This document shows, piece after piece, positions 8,451 to 17,336 of a stretch of DNA of 32,285 bases (position 1 is the stretch's first letter; every line of letters starts with the position of its first letter). The stretch is from assembly GCA_046719185.1 (NCBI GenBank), contig JBDNDK010000003.1, positions 1 through 32,285 of the forward strand. The letters run 5' to 3'. The position numbers were made by a program, and so were the translations under genes. This DNA is from Armatimonadota bacterium. GTDB lineage: Bacteria; Armatimonadota; UBA5829. The notes under the pieces were generated by a model. It saw nothing but the letters and a program-made list of their open reading frames with translations. It had not been told where the DNA came from and ran no database searches.

Positions 8451-10616
8451 TTATTGCCTAAATAAATTATCAATCTCTTTTTTATGTAGTAAATAATCTT
8501 CTAATACTTTTTGTGATAATTTCTCATATTCAACTGATTTTGTATTATCACCCATATCTGCATATATCTCAGAAAGCTTTTTGTAACTATCTGAGAGCAT
8601 CTGATAATTGTTATCAAATTCATTTTGAGAAAGCATTCCTGTAAACATAGCAATATTTATTGCCATTGTTTCTTTTCTCCATCTATTTAACCTATCTATT
8701 GCCATATCAATGTGATAGATTGCTTCTTTTGTATTATTTGATTCAATTGCTTTATCAGCAAAATAAAGATGAGCATATACAAATCTTGTATCTACAATCT
8801 CAGGCACACCTTTAATTTGCTCAAATTTTGATTTTTCTATTTTAAGCATTCTATGATATATCTTTTCAAGATTTTCTGTGTCATTTTTTTCAATGTAGAT
8901 ATTTGCCATGCTCTGAAGAGAAAGAGTTGAGTTAGGATTATATTTTATTGCTTTTTTAAAGTATTCTAGTGCTTTATCTTTTTGATTAGATAATAAATAC
9001 ACATTACCAATGGTGCCATAAGTTTCTGAGTTTGTTGGAGCTAGTGCTATTGATTGAGCAAATCTTTTTTCTGCAAGTGTTTTATTTATATCTAATAGAT
9101 ATTTATATTTTCCATCTTCTCTTGCTAGATAAAAATCTAATGGTGCAATATTGCTTGCTAATGAATATCTTTGTGCTGTTTCATTATTGGATAATTCTCT
9201 TGAAAATGATTCTGGAATTATTAGATATGCAATCCATAAACTAGCATAAAACACCACCCCTGCACTTATAAATACAGCATAAATATATCTTGTTTTTAAT
9301 GATGATATAGTTTTTTCAGAGTTTGCATAGCTAGCCATAAAACCTACAAATACACAAAAAGCAACCCAAATACCAACAATAAACCAATCTGAATCCACAA
9401 GACCTCTTAATGCAGATGCATACACTCCACATAATAACCCACAATAAATTAGTTTTTTATCTATGGATTCAGATGAAATATTACTTCTTTCTTTCCAAAT
9501 AGTTTTTAATGAGCATATAGCAATAATTTTTAACCCAATAATCAAAAAAATTAGAGCAGGAATTCCACTCTCAGATGCTGTTTGCAAGTATGATTGATGT
9601 GCATGTTTTGTTGGACCAGCTATTGCATATCTGGAATATGCAAATTGGAAAGTACCTGGTCCTGTGCCCCAAATTGGTTTGTCCTTTATCATATTAACTG
9701 CAGATTTCCAACAGTAGATTCTAAATTGTGTTGAATGTGCCTGAGTGCCACCTTCTGCTGTTTGCTGGAACCTAAACAAAATGGGAGCTGTGAACAACAC
9801 ACCAGCAAATATCATCACTAACCCAACAAAATAAAGTCTCTTAACATTTTTTTTATTGAATGTTTTTAATAGAACCCCAAAAATTAAGAATGCCAACAAC
9901 ACAAACACCAACACTATCACACTAAACTTTGTGCCTGTCATCAAAAGGCTAATCACCTGAAAAATTAATGATAAACAAGCAATAAATGGATATACTCTAT
10001 TTGTGTTTTGAGCTGTTATAAAAATTGCTAGTGTGATAGGGATGGAAATTAAAAGAAAACCAGAAAATGCTCCGGGGTGCACAAATGTGCCTGTTAATCT
10101 AAGCTGTTCACCAGTTCCCATCACAGCATGCCAGAAGTTTATTCCTCCACCTGTCTGCAGAGCATAATCTCTCACTGCAAATAAGCAAACAAACAATGCT
10201 ACAATTGACACTATCCACATACATATCTTAATAGCATCTGGTTTTTGTTTAGCAATGGAAGCAGAAGTGATAATTAGGAAAATTCCACATATAACTAGAA
10301 AAAACTGTCTCATTCCCATTGATAAAGACTCACCAAACAGAAGTGAGATAAATGTGAGGATTGCAAAAACTACAAGAGGAATATAGCCAACTGGTTTTAA
10401 TATTTTATCTTTTAGACCACCAAAAATGCCTGCAGATAATACTGCTATAAAAGAAAACATCACAAGAAAAAATATTGATGTGCCTTCAAATCCCCCACCA
10501 AAGAATATACACATGGCAGGAAGTATTATTATCAGTATATCTGCAGACAGTTTTTTTATATAACTTTGTATGAGATTTTCATTATTAAGCAGTGCTTTCT
10601 TGTCAGCCTTTTTCAT
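8451..10616 (-). CDS. O-antigen ligase (Wzy_C)-family membrane protein with C-terminal TPR repeats
   Basis: ~12 TM segments, RLTGTFVHPG, FRIYCWKSAVNMIKDKPIWGTGPGTF, HAHQSYLQTASESG, TPR-like YGTIGNVY...ALEYFKKAIKYNP. Start (10616, alternatives 10622/10628) overlaps the upstream stop, suggesting translational coupling. Confidence 0.85.
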   Translation of the reverse strand: MKKADKKALLNNENLIQSYIKKLSADILIIILPAMCIFFGGGFEGTSIFFLVMFSFIAVLSAGIFGGLKDKILKPVGYIPLVVFAILTFISLLFGESLSMGMRQFFLVICGIFLIITSASIAKQKPDAIKICMWIVSIVALFVCLFAVRDYALQTGGGINFWHAVMGTGEQLRLTGTFVHPGAFSGFLLISIPITLAIFITAQNTNRVYPFIACLSLIFQVISLLMTGTKFSVIVLVFVLLAFLIFGVLLKTFNKKNVKRLYFVGLVMIFAGVLFTAPILFRFQQTAEGGTQAHSTQFRIYCWKSAVNMIKDKPIWGTGPGTFQFAYSRYAIAGPTKHAHQSYLQTASESGIPALIFLIIGLKIIAICSLKTIWKERSNISSESIDKKLIYCGLLCGVYASALRGLVDSDWFIVGIWVAFCVFVGFMASYANSEKTISSLKTRYIYAVFISAGVVFYASLWIAYLIIPESFSRELSNNETAQRYSLASNIAPLDFYLAREDGKYKYLLDINKTLAEKRFAQSIALAPTNSETYGTIGNVYLLSNQKDKALEYFKKAIKYNPNSTLSLQSMANIYIEKNDTENLEKIYHRMLKIEKSKFEQIKGVPEIVDTRFVYAHLYFADKAIESNNTKEAIYHIDMAIDRLNRWRKETMAINIAMFTGMLSQNEFDNNYQMLSDSYKKLSEIYADMGDNTKSVEYEKLSQKVLEDYLLHKKEIDNLFRQ

Positions 10617-11694
10617 ACTCATTGACAATATCCATCACAAACTTCACTCTTTCAATATCACACACAGGACTAGGCTCATCAGAAATACCTAGTATAAGCT
10701 TTGGAGAAAATCTTTCAATTATTTCTCTTGTATATCTCTCTAACTCTTCTATTGGTTCATGTGGCAGGAAGCACGTCATAGGGATACCATCAAGCAGAAT
10801 AAGTTCATCTCCTAATGCATCTTTTATTGCATCTAAAGTGATATCACCTTGTGGAACGGGAGTGAGTGCTTCTATTCCATCCATATCTGTTTGTTTTGCA
10901 TAGCTTGCTATCCAGCTTACACTTCCATCCCAATGGGCATGAACATATTTCCCAGCTTTATGGAATTTTGCTGCTCTCTGCTTGTAAGTAGGCAGTAGAT
11001 AAGTTTCAAATACATTTTTACTAAGAAAGTTTTGGTCAACATTATCACCAAAATTAATAATAGGAATTGGAGATTCACACAATACATCAATTAAATCCTG
11101 GTCCGTTTCATCTATCACATCACAAATATGCCTTATACTTGACTCATCATCATGCAGTGCATATAAGGTGTTTTCAAATCCCATTAAATCAATAAATAAC
11201 CTCTGTAGATTTATTCTAGGAATAAAAAGCATAGGTGCTGCTCTATCTCCAAGCTCTTTTTCAGACTTTTCAAATCTTTCATAATCAAAAGTCCACACTT
11301 GGTTTCTGAGTATAAACTCTACAACTTTCATATCTTCTGGTGTTTCAATGGGAAACTTTTCTGTGTGTCTTGCAAGCTCAGATCTTCTGATATGTTTTTC
11401 AACACTTCCAACAGGTGTCTCCCATCTAGTTATGGTGATATTCCCTTCAGTGATGTCAGTCATTTTTACATCATCTGTATAGTGCATATCAAGGCAGGGG
11501 TTAAACCATGAATATGATCTTATGGAGCATCCCATATAATCATATACATCCAAAAGGCTCATATCTTTAAATTTATCAGGCAATGTGTTAGTGCCTTTAC
11601 ATATTTTATACCAATGCTCAAGTCTTGGCTGATAGACAATATTATCCACTTCTTTTCCAGCAAATATTGCCATCACTCTTTCTCTGTATGTCAT
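10603..11694 (-). CDS. UroD/MetE-superfamily (uroporphyrinogen decarboxylase-like) protein, H-x-D type
   Basis: MTYRERV N-terminus, WETPVG, LMGFEN, FGDN, HAHWDG, DGIEALTPVPQGD, LGISD. ATG 11694 with AGAGG SD. Confidence 0.75.
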   Translation of the reverse strand: MTYRERVMAIFAGKEVDNIVYQPRLEHWYKICKGTNTLPDKFKDMSLLDVYDYMGCSIRSYSWFNPCLDMHYTDDVKMTDITEGNITITRWETPVGSVEKHIRRSELARHTEKFPIETPEDMKVVEFILRNQVWTFDYERFEKSEKELGDRAAPMLFIPRINLQRLFIDLMGFENTLYALHDDESSIRHICDVIDETDQDLIDVLCESPIPIINFGDNVDQNFLSKNVFETYLLPTYKQRAAKFHKAGKYVHAHWDGSVSWIASYAKQTDMDGIEALTPVPQGDITLDAIKDALGDELILLDGIPMTCFLPHEPIEELERYTREIIERFSPKLILGISDEPSPVCDIERVKFVMDIVNEYEKG

Positions 11695-11854
11695 TTCAAA
11701 AAACCTCTTTTGTGATTTATAAAATTGATATTCCAATTATACTGAGTATGATACAGGAATTTTAGAAATAATTCACTAATTAATTTGGTATATAATACCA
11801 ATTAAACTGCTTCTTTTAATTTATATATAATCCTTTTTCTGTAGATTGGAGATT

Positions 11855-13750
11855 ATGATGCTTAGGTTCTATGCAATTTTTCTAGTTTTAATTTTTTCTA
11901 GTTCAATATTATTTGCACAAGGTAAAGTAACTGTTGATCCAAATATTAATAGCAATATGATTGAAGAAAAAGAAGAAGTAAAGAATCCATTATTTGATGA
12001 TGATAGGCTAAATATAAAAGTGTCAATCAAAGCAAGCAATATGACTGTTTCAGATATTATTGATGAGCTAATGGAACAGTCTGGTGTTGTGCTGTATGCC
12101 GGTTACAATGACATTGACTGGCAAGTGAGAGATAGGAAAATGGTTATCTTTGCAGAAGATGTACCTCTTAATAAGCTTATGCTATCTATTGCAAATGTGA
12201 TGAGGTTTGTGTGGAGTGTAAATAAAGCTGGAGAAAAACCTACTTATAGACTCTACATGGATAGAAATACATTACTTAGTGCAGAGAGAAAACACCTTGA
12301 ACAGCAGGAAAAGCTTGAAAAAGAAGCTCAGGAAATGAGAGAAAAAGCTTTGGATTCTTTCTCTGACATAGCAAATATGACTCCAGAACAGCTTGAAAAA
12401 CTTAGAGCTGAAAACCCATATCTTTATGTATCTGCTAAGACTGGTCTAGCTCAATCATTTGATAGTATATTTAGCCAAATGCCTTCAATGTATGATGCTT
12501 TGCTATATGGAAATGAACAGACAATAAATGCTGCCAGCCTATCTCCATCAGCATTGCAGTCTGCAATTAATGCAATGGAAAGCCTGCATAAAATTGAAGG
12601 AATATTTAGAAGAGATAGAAACAGAGAATTCCCAACTGATATAGCAGTAAATCCTGAAAAGCTAACAATAAATATAAACTCTATGAGAGAAAATATCGGG
12701 CAATCACCTATGAGAAATATGATGTTAGGTGATATTAATTTTTCTTATGATGGCAGAAATTATAGTGTTCCAATAATGAATCCAAACTCAGATTATGCAA
12801 AATTGATGGGAGAAGTATTTCTCCAGCTATTAGAAGGTGAAGGCAACATGATGACCTTGATGCAAAATTATGGACCTATGATAGAAACTGGTATAAGAAA
12901 AGAAATAAGTGAAATGGATTGGGGAGAACCTGAAATAATGCAAACTCAAGTATATGAAGATTTACAAAATGAAATATCTTTAGATATTAAGCAGCCAAGT
13001 AATTTATCAAAAATATTCTCTAATACACTAAAAGCATTGTATAAAGAAACAAAAATCCCTATAGTTTCAGATACAGTATCATTATCAATGAATGCAAAAA
13101 TTCCCACAGATAAAAAAACAGCTCAGGAATTGATAGATACAATAGCAAGTGGTTATTTATTAAATTGGTCTAGAAATGATGAGATAATTGAATTCAAAGA
13201 TAGGCAATGGTTAAAAAAGAGATCTGCTCAGATTCCACAAGCTTGGATAGATAAATGGAAAAATGAACTAATTAGCACAGGCACCATGAGCCTTGATACA
13301 CTATGCGAAATAGCATCTATCACAAGAGAACAGTTCAGAGAAAACATTATTTCAAATAGAGTTTTTATGACTGCTGGTTTATGGAATGTGAATCACAATA
13401 GAGATATACTCAAAGCTTATGCAAGTCTGAGTGAAAATCAGAAGGCATGGGCAGTAAACCCTGCTGGATTAAACTTCAGCAATATCAATGAATATCAATA
13501 TGACTTATTCAAAAAGACTTTCAGAAGAAACTCAGAATACCTTTCTCTTGATTTATCAACAATCAAACTTAATATGACAGCTAATAATGAGAAAGTTGAT
13601 GATGAAAAAACTAAAAAAAATTATGTTTTCAAAATCACTTCTACTGAAACTGATAAAGAGATAATCTTCACCGTTGGTGCTCCAAACTTTGATCCTAATT
13701 CATTGATTGATGAAGAGGATGAAGATGAAGAAGAGAGTAATAAAGAGTAA
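11855..13750 (+). CDS. Secreted hypothetical protein with secretin/TonB short N-terminal (STN)-like segments and an acidic tail
   Basis: GGAG SD, signal peptide ending LFA-Q, STN-like LNIKVSIKASNMTVSDIIDELMEQSGV and a second similar segment, C-terminal DEEDEDEEES. The domain call is by eye. Confidence 0.65.
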   Translation: MMLRFYAIFLVLIFSSSILFAQGKVTVDPNINSNMIEEKEEVKNPLFDDDRLNIKVSIKASNMTVSDIIDELMEQSGVVLYAGYNDIDWQVRDRKMVIFAEDVPLNKLMLSIANVMRFVWSVNKAGEKPTYRLYMDRNTLLSAERKHLEQQEKLEKEAQEMREKALDSFSDIANMTPEQLEKLRAENPYLYVSAKTGLAQSFDSIFSQMPSMYDALLYGNEQTINAASLSPSALQSAINAMESLHKIEGIFRRDRNREFPTDIAVNPEKLTININSMRENIGQSPMRNMMLGDINFSYDGRNYSVPIMNPNSDYAKLMGEVFLQLLEGEGNMMTLMQNYGPMIETGIRKEISEMDWGEPEIMQTQVYEDLQNEISLDIKQPSNLSKIFSNTLKALYKETKIPIVSDTVSLSMNAKIPTDKKTAQELIDTIASGYLLNWSRNDEIIEFKDRQWLKKRSAQIPQAWIDKWKNELISTGTMSLDTLCEIASITREQFRENIISNRVFMTAGLWNVNHNRDILKAYASLSENQKAWAVNPAGLNFSNINEYQYDLFKKTFRRNSEYLSLDLSTIKLNMTANNEKVDDEKTKKNYVFKITSTETDKEIIFTVGAPNFDPNSLIDEEDEDEEESNKE

Positions 13751-13776
13751 AAAGAAGAGGCTATAGAATAGACTTT

Positions 13777-13956
13777 CTACCAATCGAAACCACAGTTTGT
13801 GCAATGGTGCTGTGGTTTTTTCTTTTTGAATAATGGCCAAATTAATGGTAATATCAGCATTATAGGCATGAAAAACACACAACCAAAACAAGCAAATGAT
13901 GGTTCATTGTCTATATATTCAATTTCATTTGACCCACATCTAGGACAGGTTTTCAT
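13777..13956 (-). CDS. 59-aa LITAF-like zinc-ribbon membrane-associated protein (missed by ORF track)
   Basis: MKTCPRCGSNEIEYIDNEPSFACFGCVFFMPIMLILPLIWPLFKKKKPQHHCTNCGFDW*: CxxC, hydrophobic stretch, HxCxxC. Has its own extended -10 promoter upstream. Confidence 0.8.
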   Translation of the reverse strand: MKTCPRCGSNEIEYIDNEPSFACFGCVFFMPIMLILPLIWPLFKKKKPQHHCTNCGFDW

Positions 13957-14006
13957 ATTAACCCTACAATTAAAATCTTGAAGTTTGTATATTATATTAT
14001 GTAAAA

Positions 14007-14034
14007 ATTATAGCATACAAAAATTTGACTGCAA
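14007..14034 (-). promoter_or_regulatory. Promoter of the small zinc-ribbon gene
   Basis: Minus strand TTGCAG-16 nt-TATAAT with TGn extended -10 (TGCTATAAT). Confidence 0.55.
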
Positions 14035-14053
14035 GGGTGTATGCGGTTAAAAT
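14025..14053 (+). promoter_or_regulatory. sigma70-type promoter of the transaldolase-like gene
   Basis: TTGACT-17 nt-TAAAAT; its -35 overlaps the -35 of the divergent promoter. Confidence 0.6.
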
Positions 14054-14167
14054 AAAATCAGGAACTAAAACTATTTGAAATGCCTCAAATCCAGCATTCA
14101 GAAATCTAGTTTTTATATATCCTAAACTTAATTAAATATGAGTGAACACTCAGGAGGACACTTAATA

Positions 14168-16144
14168 ATGTCTCAAAATGCTGATACAATAATCAAGCTG
14201 ATATGTGGACAAGATGAAAGAACAGGCTGCATGATGCCCGGTTGGGATGTGGAAATTGCAAGACAAAAACTTATTTTCCTCACCACACCAAGTGATTTTA
14301 AATCAACCTGCACTGAAATTGCAGAAAGTGTGAAAAGTGCATATTCAAGTGGCAACACTGCAATGCATGAAAAAGCTATTTCATTTTTTCTTGGAATAGC
14401 AGAATCTCTAATTTCACCAGTAGAATTAGACCACAACCTTCAAAACAAAAAACTTCATGGCTCTAATATAATTTCTGATGAAGATGCTAAAGAATTATCA
14501 AATATCTGCAAAGAGGTTGCTATTGAATTTGCAAATCAAGATGAGGCAGCTTTCAATAATGTGATGGGATTAATAAAAGCAGAAGATTTAGCTGCCAATA
14601 AAGGTGATAACCTATTTGGTGCATGGGGTATTAAATGGCAAAAAGATACAGGAAATGACCCATATAAATGCATCAATGAATACTTAAAATGCTTCGGCAA
14701 ATTATATGAAAGAGATGCTTTTTATCCTGCAGAATACTTTGCAAGAAAAGAAGGCAAAGTAAAAACTCAATTCTTTAATGATTATGGTCTTCAAGCTGCA
14801 AGGTGCAGAAGAATGGGCAGCATGGGAGGTACAACAAACCCTGCTATTGCTGTTATGGGTGAAAATGACCTTAGTGGAGTAGGAAATATATGGGGAAATG
14901 AAGCAATCAGCTTTATCAATCAATTTCCAAACAAATGGCATCAGGTAAGAAAAATCATTGCAAGACTGCAAGTTGATAATAATATGTCTGATGATTGGGG
15001 AGCCACCAAGTTTACAGAATGGGTTGTTGCAGATGCAATGCTCGGTCTGAGATCAATATTTCTTCTTGAAGGTCTTGGAAGAGTGGCATATCAGTTAAGA
15101 CCAGACTGGCATAATGACGAAGAAAAACTCACCAACCTTGCTGGAGAAGTTTTTGAGAGCCTTTGCATATTTGTAAAAAGCTTTGATGATATTCTCTTGG
15201 AAGGTGCTAATAATATTTATGTGAACACTTGCAAAGAAAGAATAGGAATATCAAATAACCATTTCAAAGTTGCCTGCACAGGTCAAGCTGCATTGAATGT
15301 TGTAAAGAGCATAAATGCCGGCTACAGTGAACTCTGTCCAAAGGCTCTTAAAACAAGAATGTTTACAAATGTTACCCTATCTTATGATGTTCCTCAGATG
15401 TATGCTGCAAGTAAAGCTACTCAAGATGGCATTGAAGCTTGGGAAAAGAGAACAGGTCAGAAAGCTGATGATGGAGAAGGCGGATCTGTAATAACTTCTA
15501 TGATTGGCAGATTTAATGATGCCATTAGAGATTATAGAGTGAAAAGTCTTATTGAAGCATTGCCTGCTGACAGTAAATTTAAGACAATAAACCCTGCTGA
15601 TGTTAAGAAATTAACTGATGATATAATAAACAATGCTGAATTCATTGCTGAAGTGAATGTTAAGGGAATGAATTTCCAGCCGGAAGCTGAAGAAGATGCA
15701 ATAGACAGAGCCGGCACACTTGCAACTAAGAGAGTAGTTATTCTTCTAGAAAAGAATGAAGGCTGGGCAAAGACTAGAATTCTCACAGCTTCAAAGAGAA
15801 ACTTCTTCCAAAATACTGAGCTTTTAGATGTGCCATTCTCAACAGACTTTGGAAACATTCAGAGGATGTATATTGATGTGATGCCTATAAAAGTAGATAA
15901 TTGGAAAACTTTATATGATGATATGAATGAGGACGGCACTCCAGTTGAAGGAAGTATTTGGGCAAAAAGACATGAAATACTAAGCAGAATATGGCCAGAT
16001 TGGAAAAAGAGTTGGGAGATTGATGGTGTGAAACCAGATGAATATATAAACACAATCTATGTTCCACCAACTCTCACTCAGTTCACTGGTTTCTGGAATG
16101 AGAATGTAGCAAGAGCAAAAAAAGCTGCTGATGAAATAAGATAA
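14168..16144 (+). CDS. Large atypical transaldolase/fructose-6-phosphate aldolase-family protein
   Basis: Ordered motifs FFND, GGTTNPAIA, GRVAYQLRP, FKVACT (Schiff-base Lys), TNVTLSY, SMIGRFND, RILTASKRN. ATG 14168 follows AGGAGG; ~658 aa. Confidence 0.75.
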   Translation: MSQNADTIIKLICGQDERTGCMMPGWDVEIARQKLIFLTTPSDFKSTCTEIAESVKSAYSSGNTAMHEKAISFFLGIAESLISPVELDHNLQNKKLHGSNIISDEDAKELSNICKEVAIEFANQDEAAFNNVMGLIKAEDLAANKGDNLFGAWGIKWQKDTGNDPYKCINEYLKCFGKLYERDAFYPAEYFARKEGKVKTQFFNDYGLQAARCRRMGSMGGTTNPAIAVMGENDLSGVGNIWGNEAISFINQFPNKWHQVRKIIARLQVDNNMSDDWGATKFTEWVVADAMLGLRSIFLLEGLGRVAYQLRPDWHNDEEKLTNLAGEVFESLCIFVKSFDDILLEGANNIYVNTCKERIGISNNHFKVACTGQAALNVVKSINAGYSELCPKALKTRMFTNVTLSYDVPQMYAASKATQDGIEAWEKRTGQKADDGEGGSVITSMIGRFNDAIRDYRVKSLIEALPADSKFKTINPADVKKLTDDIINNAEFIAEVNVKGMNFQPEAEEDAIDRAGTLATKRVVILLEKNEGWAKTRILTASKRNFFQNTELLDVPFSTDFGNIQRMYIDVMPIKVDNWKTLYDDMNEDGTPVEGSIWAKRHEILSRIWPDWKKSWEIDGVKPDEYINTIYVPPTLTQFTGFWNENVARAKKAADEIR

Positions 16145-16167
16145 AAAATCTTAATATACAAACAACA

Positions 16168-16194
16168 AAGCCGAGGTCACAAAAACCTCGGCTT
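16168..16194. terminator. Probable bidirectional terminator hairpin
   Basis: Perfect 10-bp stem AAGCCGAGGT/ACCTCGGCTT between convergent genes. Confidence 0.7.
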
Positions 16195-16227
16195 GAATTT
16201 TAACAATAATTATCTCTGATTTGATAT

Positions 16228-16253
16228 TGTGTTAGGAACAATTTCCCGACATA
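16228..16253. repeat. Degenerate REP-like palindrome
   Basis: TGTGTTAGGAACAATTTCCCGACATA shares the GGAACAA(G/T)TTCCCGA core with the perfect hairpin at 23962-23985. Confidence 0.5.
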
Positions 16254-16277
16254 ATGCCGAATATAACTTATATATTT

Positions 16278-17327
16278 TTATATATCCTTCTTCATAAAAA
16301 TCACCTTATTGGTATCTGATGAATCATAAACACCTAGCACTGCATCCAATACTCTGAATCCATCTTCACCAGTGATTGGTGGATCAGTATCTTCTCTTAT
16401 AGCTTTTATCCATGCTTTCATAAGTGGAATATAATCAATTTTTATTCTTTCTGCTGGTATTTCGTGCCACTCATTAGGTGTGTATTGAGTATCTTCTCTT
16501 GTTGTGAATACTTTCACAGGCTCCCATAATTGAAGCTGACCTTTTGTGCCGAAGATTCTGTTAGGCTCATGGCTGTTACCAAGCATATTGGAACTAGCAA
16601 GACAAATACCTATAGCTCCATTGTTGTATCTCCAAACACCAGCAAAAGTATCTTCAACTTCCACATCTGCCACAAAAGTGTCATATTCACCTGAAACATG
16701 ATCAATTTTGAGGCCTGTAACATAACTCATTCTGTCTATCTCATGAGTCATATTCATAATACCAATGCCACCACCAGCCATTTTTTTTGAGGCTCTCCAA
16801 GATGTATCGTTATTTTCCATCCAACCTGTTGTCCAGTAAGATGCAGGTTTGTTTGCATAGGCACTTATCTTTACAGCCATCACTTCACCAATAATACCAT
16901 CATCAATAATTTTCTTTGCAACCTCAGAAAAAGGCTGAAATCTGCTAGCAAGATTGGTGCCTAGTTTTACATTGCATTCTTTGCATACTTTTATCATCTC
17001 AAGAGCATCTTCTCTGGTGGTTGCAATAGGTTTATCACACATCACATGCTTTCCAGCCCTTGCTGCTTTGATAGTGATTTCTTTGTGGATTGCATGTGGG
17101 ACAGCAACCACTACAACATCCACTCTTTTATCATTTAATACAACATCTAAATCTGTCGTATATGGACAATTGAATGCCTCACCTATCCTTCTGGCATTGT
17201 ATTCATTTATATCCATACACCAAACCGCATCACCATCTTCCTGCTGCTGTGCTGCAGGCACATAATGATTGGATATTTCACCACATCCAATTATTCCAAA
17301 GCCTATTTTTCCTGATTCTGTTGGCAT
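16278..17327 (-). CDS. Gfo/Idh/MocA-family NAD(P)-dependent oxidoreductase
   Basis: GIIGCGEIS Rossmann motif, AGKHVMCDKP (variant of CEKP), GGGIGIMNMTHEID. Confidence 0.9.
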   Translation of the reverse strand: MPTESGKIGFGIIGCGEISNHYVPAAQQQEDGDAVWCMDINEYNARRIGEAFNCPYTTDLDVVLNDKRVDVVVVAVPHAIHKEITIKAARAGKHVMCDKPIATTREDALEMIKVCKECNVKLGTNLASRFQPFSEVAKKIIDDGIIGEVMAVKISAYANKPASYWTTGWMENNDTSWRASKKMAGGGIGIMNMTHEIDRMSYVTGLKIDHVSGEYDTFVADVEVEDTFAGVWRYNNGAIGICLASSNMLGNSHEPNRIFGTKGQLQLWEPVKVFTTREDTQYTPNEWHEIPAERIKIDYIPLMKAWIKAIREDTDPPITGEDGFRVLDAVLGVYDSSDTNKVIFMKKDI

Positions 17328-17336
17328 TTTTTATTC

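Noticed and set aside
13700-13981. ORF-track calls 13700..13891 (-) and 13799..13981 (+)
   Set aside because: Out-of-frame or antisense to the much more protein-like 59-aa zinc-ribbon ORF at 13777..13956.
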